32,000 bases of DNA, from positions 18,397 through 50,396 of the forward strand of contig JACPHJ010000188.1 in the NCBI GenBank assembly GCA_016188675.1, in the 5' to 3' direction. Shown here one piece after another: positions 7,664-15,318 of the stretch (position 1 is its first letter; every line of letters starts with the position of its first letter). A model generated the notes under the pieces. The model was given only the letters and a program-made list of their open reading frames with translations. It was not told where the DNA came from and made no database searches. Both the position numbers and the translations under genes were made by a program. The stretch is from Planctomycetota bacterium (lineage in GTDB: Bacteria > Planctomycetota > Brocadiia > Brocadiales > Brocadiaceae).

Positions 7664-8254
7664 ATGACAGAGCAGCAACCGCATATCATAATCATTGGTG
7701 GGCCTAATGGAGCAGGAAAATCAACGACTGCTCCAACTTTGCTAAAGGGGACGCTTGGGGTCGCAGAATTCGTAAATGCTGACACGATTGCTCAGGGTCT
7801 TTCGGCTTTTCAACCTGAAAGTGTAGCATTCCATGCAGGTCGTGTTATGCTGGACAGAATACATCGCCTTGCGAAAGAACGAGTGGATTTTGCTTTCGAA
7901 ACAACCCTTGCCAGTCGTACATTCGCCCCTTGGATAGAAGAGCTTAAAAATACGGGTTATATTTTCCATCTTGTTTTTCTCTGGCTGCCGAATCCTGAGT
8001 TTGCTTTAGCCCGTGTTGCAGAAAGGGTGCGAATGGGTGGGCATAATGTACCAGAAGAAATCGTGAGAAGGAGATATTATAAAGGTATTAGGAATTTTTT
8101 CAGGCTTTATAAGCCACTGGCAGATACGTGGTTCTTTTATGATAATTCAGTTGCCGGAACTCTAAAGCCCCTGGCTTCAGGCGGAAGGGGAATCGGTACT
8201 TCGATTGAAAATAGATTGATTTGGAAGCAAATACTGGAGGAATATAATGACTGA
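7664..8254 (+). CDS. Zeta-toxin-like / COG4185-type P-loop ATPase (putative toxin kinase)
   Basis: Walker A motif IIIIGGPNGAGKST at residues 8-21. The following blocks LGVAEFVNADTIAQGLSAF.PE, FAFETTLASR, GY.FHL.FLWL and RV..RV..GGH.VPEE...RRY match my memory of the widespread zeta-toxin-domain AAA ATPase family. Confidence 0.75.
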   Translation: MTEQQPHIIIIGGPNGAGKSTTAPTLLKGTLGVAEFVNADTIAQGLSAFQPESVAFHAGRVMLDRIHRLAKERVDFAFETTLASRTFAPWIEELKNTGYIFHLVFLWLPNPEFALARVAERVRMGGHNVPEEIVRRRYYKGIRNFFRLYKPLADTWFFYDNSVAGTLKPLASGGRGIGTSIENRLIWKQILEEYND

Positions 8255-8447
8255 TAAAGTAGTAAAAGACAGAATCTCTGAAATATTCGAAGACAAAGAA
8301 AAAATAACAAGCGCTTTGTCTAAAGCAGTTAACGAGGCATTACTTCAGCATAAAAAAGCTGGAAATCCCGTTGCGTCATGGAAAGATGGCAAGATCGTCT
8401 TGATTCAGCCAGAGGACATCCTTGTCGAGGATAAAAACAGGTCATAA
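8247..8447 (+). CDS. Small partner protein of the zeta-like ATPase (putative antitoxin), translationally coupled
   Basis: 66 aa. Its ATG overlaps the upstream TGA (ATGACTGA, 8-nt overlap), and GGAGGA lies 6 nt upstream. The segment HKKAGNPVASWKDGKIVLIQPEDI resembles the small proteins I remember next to this ATPase family. Confidence 0.55.
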   Translation: MTDKVVKDRISEIFEDKEKITSALSKAVNEALLQHKKAGNPVASWKDGKIVLIQPEDILVEDKNRS

Positions 8448-9098
8448 TTTGTCTCAGTGAATCAGGAAAGGTTGTTCTTTTAGAGGCAACGAGTTTCGCA
8501 GGTTGGGCAGGAATAATTTGAGTCGCTAGGTTTCGCTTCACTCAACACAAACTACCAACAATTTTAATACTTAATAGATGATAGCTATTAAAAATCAGAA
8601 AGCAACCTTATTAATTGAGAAGTAGGTTGATGTGATAAAATCAACAAATTCAATTTGTTAGAAACAATCACTTGAGTATAGGGAATACCCACTTTGTGCT
8701 AATTTTGTGTTAAAATTAATCAAAATAGACAGAATTTATTGAAACTAATAGAATAGATATAACGCTAAGAATCTCTTAATATTCAAGGTAAAACAGGAAA
8801 CCAGCCCACAATCAAGAACTTATAATTTTAATCTATTTCAGATTTGCAACTTGAACCCAAATATTTTGCAAATTCAAAAACGTTAGCGACTGCCCACGAA
8901 ATATACGAAATGTTACAAAACTTTTTTTAATCAAGTCCAGAAATTATACTCCTTCATGATTTTCGCGTATTTAGCGTGTTTAAGTAGTAGGGTTCGGATT
9001 GCCAACCCGAACCCGCTGTGGGGTTGAACCGGCAAAGACAGTGTGGAAACAGCCGCCATTTTGTATAATTTAATGTATAGGAATTTCAATGTTGCTGT

Positions 9099-9127
9099 TG
9101 TAGAGCGACGAGCCTCGTCGCTCTACA
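9099..9127. promoter_or_regulatory. 29-bp perfect palindrome in the tdh leader or upstream region
   Basis: tgtagagcgacgag-c-ctcgtcgctctaca has 14 complementary positions on each side of a central C. It lies about 30 nt downstream of a TATAAT box (9064-9069) and 115 nt upstream of the tdh ATG. Confidence 0.6.
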
Positions 9128-9241
9128 TTGAAAAAGGCGAATGGGTTCCGGTAAAGAACCTTTCTAAAAGAAAAAAAGAGTTGATGCTGTATGCCCGGAA
9201 TACATTAAAAAATATAAAAGATTGGACATAAGGATTTCCAA

Positions 9242-10270
9242 ATGAAGGCCGTTGTTAAAACAAAACGAACGAAGGGTATGGAAGTTGTCAATGTGCCCAC
9301 CCCAAAGATAGGGCCAAGAGACGTTCTTGTCAAGGTCAGGGTTGCCTCGATCTGCGGGACGGACGTGCACATGCATGACTGGACACGCTGGGCGCAGCAC
9401 CGCTTTGCGCCGCCACGCATCATAGGCCATGAATTTGTGGGGAACGTTGCGAAGATTGGCGGGGAAGTGACACAAGTAAATGTTGGAGATAGGGTTTCTG
9501 CCGAAAGTCATCTGACCTGCAGGCATTGTTATCAGTGTAATAATGGATACTCAGAGGTCTGCAGGAATTTCAAATTGTTGGGCGTTGACCACGATGGCAC
9601 CTTTGCCGAGTTTCTCGTCCTGCCCGAACACGTCCTGTGGAAAAATGACGAAAAAATTCCCGATGAATGGGCAACCATCCAGGAACCCTTTGGAAATGCC
9701 GTTGATACCGTCCTTGCGGAGGATGTTTCGGCGAAGACGGTTTTGATTCTTGGCGCTGGACCGATTGGGCTTTTTGCCACCGGTATTGCCAGGGCTTGCG
9801 GCGCCTCGTTGGTTATCGTCTCCGACCCCAACAACTACCGGCTGGCCATTAGCAAGAAGATGGGGGCACACATTGCCGTCAATCCCAGAAGGCAGGACGT
9901 TACCGAACTTGTCATGGAAGCCACGAAAGATAACGGGGTGGACGTTGTCCTTGAATTTTCCGGCAACAACCAGGCGCTCAATCAAGGCTTAAAGGCCATT
10001 ACGCCGGGAGGGAGGATTTCCATTTTGGGTATTTATGAAAGGCGCGTCAATATTGACCTGAACAAGGAGGTTATTTTCAAGAAAATCCGCATTTACGGAA
10101 TCACCGGACGCAAGATATTTTCCACATGGTATAAGACCTCCCGTTTCTTGTCTACAGGGCTTGTAGACCCGACTCCTGTAATTACCCACCGGTTTGCATT
10201 AAAGGACTATGAGAAGGGCATGAAATTGATGAAGGACGGAAAGTGCGGGAAGGTTATTTTAAATATTTAG
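9242..10270 (+). CDS. tdh: L-threonine 3-dehydrogenase (zinc-dependent)
   Basis: 342 aa, collinear with E. coli Tdh as I remember it: ICGTDVH, GHE(F/Y)VG, EPFGNAV, the GAGPIG Rossmann motif, (E/S)TWYK, ITHRF and GKVIL. AAGGA Shine-Dalgarno. The pathway partner kbl lies 1 kb downstream. Confidence 0.9.
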   Translation: MKAVVKTKRTKGMEVVNVPTPKIGPRDVLVKVRVASICGTDVHMHDWTRWAQHRFAPPRIIGHEFVGNVAKIGGEVTQVNVGDRVSAESHLTCRHCYQCNNGYSEVCRNFKLLGVDHDGTFAEFLVLPEHVLWKNDEKIPDEWATIQEPFGNAVDTVLAEDVSAKTVLILGAGPIGLFATGIARACGASLVIVSDPNNYRLAISKKMGAHIAVNPRRQDVTELVMEATKDNGVDVVLEFSGNNQALNQGLKAITPGGRISILGIYERRVNIDLNKEVIFKKIRIYGITGRKIFSTWYKTSRFLSTGLVDPTPVITHRFALKDYEKGMKLMKDGKCGKVILNI

Positions 10271-10395
10271 AGAGGTTATTTAGCCGCATATTAACACGAA
10301 TGGATACGAAAACTTAAAATATTCCGAAGAAGTGGAAATCGCTTGGCAAAGAATATCGTCATATTATAATTCCTTAACAAAATTTGAAAGAGGTA

Positions 10396-10425
10396 ATGAC
10401 AAGAATGGTATTTATTTTGTATAAT
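10396..10425 (+). promoter_or_regulatory. Sigma-70-like promoter for the small gene pair between tdh and kbl
   Basis: ATGACA (10396-10401), an 18-nt spacer, then TATAAT (10420-10425). The 12-mer attttgtataat is identical to the one at 9058-9069 upstream of tdh. Confidence 0.4.
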
Positions 10426-10458
10426 ACCAACTAAACAGGAAACGGGGGTAAAAAACAT

Positions 10459-10764
10459 ATGCCAAAAATTTCACCAAAGCTTGGGGAATTTTTAGTAAAG
10501 ACCACAAAGGCAAAGGATATTGACGATGCCTTCCAAAGGGTTTTTACTGATTATCTGGAATTGAAATTAAAAAATCTCCAAGAAACTATTGAGCAGTTTC
10601 AATTAAGGTGGAAAATGACTTTTGAAGAATTTAAGAAAATGCCTAAAGGCCTTTCTTTTGAAAAAGATGCGTATTCCTATGATGTCGAGCAGGATTTTTG
10701 GCAATGGGAAGAAGCAGAAACTTTAAAAAAACATTATGAATCCCTAAAAAAGGAATGGATGTAA
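10459..10764 (+). CDS. Small helical protein, putative antitoxin-like partner of the downstream gene
   Basis: 101 aa, Lys/Glu-rich with predicted coiled or helical character. GGGGGT Shine-Dalgarno. Its 3' end overlaps the next gene by 10 nt (ATGGATGTAA). No family recognised. Confidence 0.5.
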   Translation: MPKISPKLGEFLVKTTKAKDIDDAFQRVFTDYLELKLKNLQETIEQFQLRWKMTFEEFKKMPKGLSFEKDAYSYDVEQDFWQWEEAETLKKHYESLKKEWM

Positions 10765-11090
10765 ATTCATTTTTACTTTCCCTACTGCACGAACTTTCCA
10801 GTCTTGAATTTGTAGAAAAAGTCGATCTTCATACAGAGGTATTTGTCCTTAAAGGACGTGCGATTCTAAAGAAGAACAGATTTTTACAAATATATTTTAA
10901 TGAGCATACTGAAACTACAGCCTTTGCGTTAATTGAAAATAGCAATAGAATCTGGGGTATAGATTACGACAATATACGCGGATGGCATATTCATCCCGCC
11001 GAAAATCCAAAATCTCACATTAATATTGAATCCCGTACCGTTGAGGAAATTACACACTATTTAAAAGAAGTGTGGTCTTGTCTGCCATAA
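10755..11090 (+). CDS. Putative TumE / DUF6516-like toxin-antitoxin component
   Basis: 111 aa. The core IWGIDYDNIRGWHIHPAENPKSH resembles the (Y)DN...H.H(P/K)...H core I recall for DUF6516 (TumE family). The size and the overlapping two-gene layout fit a type II TA module. The family call is from memory only. Confidence 0.4.
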   Translation: MDVNSFLLSLLHELSSLEFVEKVDLHTEVFVLKGRAILKKNRFLQIYFNEHTETTAFALIENSNRIWGIDYDNIRGWHIHPAENPKSHINIESRTVEEITHYLKEVWSCLP

Positions 11091-11230
11091 TGATATAGCC
11101 TTACTGTATGAGTCAATGCCTGAGCAAAATCAGCATAAAAGCATAGATACGCCAATCGCTCAATTGCATTAGCTATGGTACTTCGAGAGATGCCTCGAAT
11201 TTCCATTTTGGATGTTTAGGAACAAAGATT

Positions 11231-12505
11231 ATGAGTGAAATGGATAAACTCGATTTTATTACTGAAGAACTCAGCAAGTTAAAAGAATCGGGACTATTGA
11301 TTAACATCCGCACGATTGAAGGCCCGCAGGGCGCATGGATTACTGTAGACGGGAAGAAGGTATTAAATCTCTGCTCGAATAATTATCTCGGTTTTGCCAA
11401 CGACCCGCAGTTAAAGTCTTCTGCACAAAAGGCCGTTGACACATATGGCGTAGGGCCTGCAGCAGTACGGACTATTGCGGGAACGACAACACTTCACAGA
11501 GAACTCGAACGGAAACTTGCGCTCTTTAAGGGAGTGGAAAGTACGATAACCTTTCAGTCAGGATTCTGCGCGAATCTCGCCGTTATTCCTGCAATCGTTG
11601 GCGAGGGGGACATCGTCTTCTCTGACGAACTTAACCACGCCAGTATCATTGACGGATGCCGATTGTCGAAGGCGAAAATTGTCCGCTACGGGCACTGCAA
11701 TCCCAAAGACCTCCAGTCGAAAATTTCTGATGAAATCTACATGAATCAGAGACTTATAAAAGAGGCGAAAAATACCCCCCCTCAATCCCCCCCTTCGCAA
11801 GGGGGGGAAGGAAATATACCTCCAGACGAGAAGAAAACACGGCGATTGCTGATTATTACTGACGGTGTCTTCAGTATGGAAGGAGACATTGCGCCATTGC
11901 CTGAGATTGCAGAGATTGCCGATAAATACGGGGCAATCACCATGGTGGACGACGCACATGGCGAAGGTGTATTGGGTCGTGGCGGCAGGGGCATCGTTGA
12001 CCACTTCAACCTGCATGGAAGAGTAGACGTTGAAGTGGGTACCATGTCAAAGGCATTTGGCGTGGTGGGCGGTTACGTTGCAGGAAGTAAAAGATTGACA
12101 GATTATCTGGCACAGAAGGGACGCCCCTTCCTCTTTTCAAGCGCTGTAACAGCCGCAGATGTGGCTGCCTGTATTACTGCCGTAGATACTCTCACAGCTT
12201 CGGACATGCTTGTCAAACAACTGTGGCGGAACACCCAATTTTTCCAGGAGAAGATGAGGCAGGTTGGGTTTAACCTCGGTCACACGAGAACGCCCATTAC
12301 CCCGGTTATGATTGGAGATGCAAAGGCGGCTAAGGATTTTAGCCGGAAATTATTTGAAGAGGGCATCTTTGCCCAGGCCATTGGCTATCCCACGGTACCC
12401 ATAGGCAAGGCGCGTATCCGTGTGATGCTTTCGGCTGCACACAGCCAGGATGACCTTGCATGGGCGATAGAGTGTTTTGAAAGGCATTTTATTTCAAACA
12501 GGTAG
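11231..12505 (+). CDS. kbl: 2-amino-3-ketobutyrate CoA ligase (glycine C-acetyltransferase), with an in-frame insertion
   Basis: 424 aa, collinear with E. coli Kbl as I remember it: NNYLG(F/L)[18 protein letters not shown](E/D)GD, VDD(A/S)H, the GT(M/L)(S/G)KA PLP-lysine motif and PFLFS. It carries an extra ~30 aa (..[35 protein letters not shown]..) before the [10 protein letters not shown] block. Confidence 0.9.
   Translation: MSEMDKLDFITEELSKLKESGLLINIRTIEGPQGAWITVDGKKVLNLCSNNYLGFANDPQLKSSAQKAVDTYGVGPAAVRTIAGTTTLHRELERKLALFKGVESTITFQSGFCANLAVIPAIVGEGDIVFSDELNHASIIDGCRLSKAKIVRYGHCNPKDLQSKISDEIYMNQRLIKEAKNTPPQSPPSQGGEGNIPPDEKKTRRLLIITDGVFSMEGDIAPLPEIAEIADKYGAITMVDDAHGEGVLGRGGRGIVDHFNLHGRVDVEVGTMSKAFGVVGGYVAGSKRLTDYLAQKGRPFLFSSAVTAADVAACITAVDTLTASDMLVKQLWRNTQFFQEKMRQVGFNLGHTRTPITPVMIGDAKAAKDFSRKLFEEGIFAQAIGYPTVPIGKARIRVMLSAAHSQDDLAWAIECFERHFISNR
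11771..11815. repeat. C7 / C7-loop-G7 palindromic element embedded in the kbl reading frame
   Basis: aataCCCCCCCtcaatCCCCCCCttcgcaaGGGGGGGaagga. The C-run at 11787-11793 and the G-run at 11801-11807 form a 7-bp G/C stem around the loop ttcgcaa. Another C7 run lies at 11775-11781. Confidence 0.8.
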
Positions 12506-12856
12506 TTTTCTTACTCTATATCTTCCTTCTTCTACAACTATAATAGACCCTTTTATGAGCGCATCAGATGATTCTTGCAAAACTTGGTTAAGCCTTTTAT
12601 TTACATTTGCGGGGGTTTCATTTTCAAGCCTGAGAATTATCACACTTGGACTATATTCTCCAGAAGCAGAAAGAAGATCGCCAAAATCAAGGTCACATGT
12701 TAAAACAATTTGACCTTCAACTTTTGCTTTAGAGAGAATTTCTGCATCTAAAGAACGATGCATATTAACATCCCTGACATGAGTGGCGTCAAAACCTTGG
12801 TTATTCAACCATCTTACGGTAGTATGAGATATACCCATATCTGCAAGAAATTTCAT
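12494..12856 (-). CDS. DUF5615-type PIN-like nuclease (putative toxin)
   Basis: 120 aa. [14 protein letters not shown]...G.DA.HV...., then LTCDLDFG and the ending RLE match my memory of the DUF5615 / Mut7-C-like family that pairs with DUF433. It starts 5 nt downstream of the DUF433 gene. Confidence 0.65.
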   Translation of the reverse strand: MKFLADMGISHTTVRWLNNQGFDATHVRDVNMHRSLDAEILSKAKVEGQIVLTCDLDFGDLLSASGEYSPSVIILRLENETPANVNKRLNQVLQESSDALIKGSIIVVEEGRYRVRKLPV

Positions 12857-12861
12857 ATACT

Positions 12862-13089
12862 TTAACTAACCATAAAATGAAGCTCTTCTTTTGTTAACCA
12901 GGAGGCATACTGTAAGGCTTCCTTAATGTCTTCTGGTTTAATATCTGGATATTCCCTGATTATTTCATTCGTTGTCATTCCATTTGCAACAAGATTTACT
13001 ATTAGAGAAACAGGAATTCTCATACCCCTTATGCACGCCTGCCCTCCCATTATATTAGAATCAAATGTTATTCTTTTAAACTCTTTCAT
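12862..13089 (-). CDS. DUF433-domain protein (putative antitoxin)
   Basis: The ORF track gives 12862..13113. I prefer the ATG at 13089 (GGAGA 6 nt upstream), which gives 75 aa. The segments ITFDSNIMGGQACIRGMRIPV..IV...A.G.T..EI...YP.I..EDI..AL.YA are the DUF433 signature as I recall it. Confidence 0.7.
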   Translation of the reverse strand: MKEFKRITFDSNIMGGQACIRGMRIPVSLIVNLVANGMTTNEIIREYPDIKPEDIKEALQYASWLTKEELHFMVS

Positions 13090-13298
13090 TTTATATCTCC
13101 GATTTGAATACAAAAAGACAAACCTGTATACCCTTAAGAGTGCGCCTCCTTCGCTAATTTAAAAAGACTTGGGATGTTACATGAGTTAAGCATTATCAAT
13201 GAAAAATGTCAATAGATAAAAACACCTAGTACGCATTAATTCCGTATAGAAACTGACTCTAAGAGTTATATGTAATCTTTGATATTCTTTCATTTCTA

Positions 13299-13327
13299 TT
13301 GATTTTTTGAAGAAAAACGTTTAGTAT
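13299..13327 (+). promoter_or_regulatory. Candidate sigma-70-like promoter for the cytochrome c'-like gene
   Basis: TTGATT (13299-13304), a 17-nt spacer, then TAGTAT (13322-13327), about 60 nt upstream of the ATG. Confidence 0.3.
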
Positions 13328-13388
13328 TCGACTTTATATTTGCGTGATAATTTCTTAATTATTTTTTTGTCTTAAGGATTTTAGTCAT

Positions 13389-13889
13389 ATGAAAAAATTT
13401 GTAATCGTAACAATTTCAATATGTATGCTGGCAGGTATTTGGGGTTGTGGAAAAAATGAAACAGAAATGGTGGAGAAAAAAATAGTTCCTGCCGAAAAGA
13501 GTCAAACTGAAATAAAATTACCGGAAGAGAAACACGAGTTTATCAAGAATGAACAGGGCTTTATCGTGCACATGAAAGACATTAAGGTGCTTTTGAAACA
13601 TTTGTCGGCATCCATAAATCAGCAGGACTGGGAGGCCATTAAACAAGATACGAAAAAACTTAAAAATGCAAGTCCCGTTGTGTTCACAGGGGCCAATAAA
13701 GATGAGTTACCTGTGGAATTTATAAACCTCGATGTTAAGTTTCATATGAGCGCCCTGGAGTTGATAGGGGCATGCCAGGAAAGGAATAAAGACAAGGCCA
13801 CGGCTGCCTTTTTCAAGGTGGTGAATAGTTGCGACGAATGTCATGTCAAATTCAACCCCAAGGAGGCATCCACCTCCTGGTTTCAGTGA
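13389..13889 (+). CDS. Cytochrome c'-like (class II, C-terminal CxxCH) lipoprotein
   Basis: 166 aa. It has a lipoprotein signal with a lipobox (MLAGIWG-C). There is a single heme-binding motif, CDECH, about 20 aa from the C-terminus (NSCDECHVKF), placed as in four-helix-bundle class II cytochromes c. Confidence 0.6.
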   Translation: MKKFVIVTISICMLAGIWGCGKNETEMVEKKIVPAEKSQTEIKLPEEKHEFIKNEQGFIVHMKDIKVLLKHLSASINQQDWEAIKQDTKKLKNASPVVFTGANKDELPVEFINLDVKFHMSALELIGACQERNKDKATAAFFKVVNSCDECHVKFNPKEASTSWFQ

Positions 13890-13945
13890 AGTTGGATAAA
13901 CGGCACAACCACTTTTACAGATACGATAAAAAGAGGTGAGATACT

Positions 13946-14158
13946 ATGGGAAAAGAAATAAAAGTTTGGTATGACAAAGAAGGAGATTATCTAGAGGTAT
14001 TGTTTGAACGAAAAATGGGGTACTTCAGAGAAACAGAAACCGATGCAGTAATGGAAAAAGTCGATGATAAGGGGAATATAATTGGATTTTCCATTTTAAA
14101 AGTAAGTTCACTTAAAGCAAAGACGATTTCAATTAGTCTTAAAAACCACGTTTCTTAA
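13946..14158 (+). CDS. DUF2283-domain protein (antitoxin-like, apparently without a partner)
   Basis: 70 aa. KVWYDKEGDYLEVLF......E......V....D..G.IIGFSIL is the DUF2283 pattern as I recall it. AGAGGTGA Shine-Dalgarno. Confidence 0.65.
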   Translation: MGKEIKVWYDKEGDYLEVLFERKMGYFRETETDAVMEKVDDKGNIIGFSILKVSSLKAKTISISLKNHVS

Positions 14159-14268
14159 TAATTGGGTTTACGAAAAAACATTCGAAATAGAACGAATATT
14201 TGCTGTTGACTAAACTGATTCTAAATAAGGGTTTTTGTAAGTATGTTTTTAGAAAGGGGGTGATACCT

Positions 14269-15318
14269 GTGGCGTGGGGAAAAAAACGATTGATTGACTA
14301 TGCCGCCTGCGGCGGGTGAGCGGGCAAGGTCCCCGTTGAAGACATGGCGTATGTGGTTAACCATTTGCCCGAATTTCCAAACGAGCGCGTACTCGTTGGC
14401 CCCAAGACCTTTGCAGATGCGGGCATATACAAGATTAGCGACGATATGGCCACGGTGTCGACCCTGGATTTCTTTACTCCGGTTGTGAACAATCCGTACG
14501 ACTACGGACAGATCGCCGCAGCCAATGCCCTGAGCGACGTCTATGCCATGGGCGGCAAGCCCCTCACGGCAATGAACATCCTCTGTTACCCGATAAAATC
14601 ACTGGATAAGGATATTGTGGTTGAAATCCTTAAGGGCAGCGCTGACAAGGTCAATGAGGCAGGGGCTGTTATTATAGGCGGCCACACCCTTCAGGACAGC
14701 GAGATCAAATATGGATTATCTGTCACAGGGATTATTCATCCAGGCAGGATTGTGACCAATGCAGAGGCAAGACCCGGAGATGTGCTGGTGTTGACAAAGC
14801 CTCTTGGCACTGGATTGATTATTTCCGCCATCAAGGCCGGTAAAGTTCTTGAAGAGCATATAAATCTGGCAACCAGGAGTATGGTCTTATTGAACAAGGC
14901 AGCCTCTGAGGCGATGCTGGATGTTGGGGTGAGCGCATGTACGGATATTACCGGTTTCGGGCTTATGGGTCATGCATACGAGTTGGCGGAGGCCAGCAAG
15001 GTAACGCTGTCGTTCTTTGCCGAACGCATACCGGTATTCGATGGTTGTGAACGCTATGTCAAAATGGGATTGATGCCGGGGGTATCAAAGCTCAGCAAAA
15101 AATATTTGAAGGATGCAATCAGGATTAATCCCAGGGTACGAGAGGAGTTGGTGGACGTCTTGTTTGATGCACAGACCTCCGGTGGCCTGCTTATCTCGAT
15201 CCCCAAAGGGAAGGCGGAAATACTCTGTACCAAACTTAAAGAAAGAGGCGCACTGACGTTTGATGTTGTTGGTGAAGTACATCAAAGGGAAGATGTTTCT
15301 ATCATTGTTACACCATGA
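14269..15318 (+). CDS. selD: Selenide, water dikinase (selenophosphate synthetase), a selenocysteine-containing form with in-frame UGA at 14317-14319
   Basis: The ORF track begins at 14344 only because of the UGA. Reading the same frame upstream gives (V)AWGKKRLIDYAACGG-U-AGKVPVEDMAYV... This aligns with E. coli SelD ..RLTQYSHGAGCGCKISP.., placing U at the catalytic Cys17 position and conserving the following Lys. The rest is collinear with SelD (DFFTP.V.NPYD.G.IAA.NA.SD.YAMGG, GGHT, TKPLGTG, TD.TGFGL.GH, QTSGGLL). The proposed GTG start at 14269 is preceded by AAAGGGGG. Confidence 0.85.

Noticed and set aside
7355-7684. 109-aa minus-strand ORF and a 57-codon plus-strand ORF (7372-7545) between the giant gene and the zeta-like gene
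   Set aside because: The sequence is largely made of the 9-bp periodic motifs. No Shine-Dalgarno and no recognisable fold signatures.
8460-9040. CRISPR array, tRNA or integration-site remnant in the AT-rich gap
   Set aside because: No regularly spaced direct repeats and no cloverleaf-compatible sequence or GTTCGAATC-type T-arm were found. Only isolated palindromes and short motif arrays are present.
9043-9231. 62-aa ORF upstream of tdh
   Set aside because: It spans the 29-bp palindrome (translated as ..VVERRASSLY..) and the tdh Shine-Dalgarno region. It is most likely leader or regulatory sequence.
14344-15318. ORF-track start of selD at the ATG at 14344
   Set aside because: This start would delete the conserved glycine-rich catalytic N-terminus. 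The upstream frame is open except for a single UGA at the position of the catalytic Cys/Sec.
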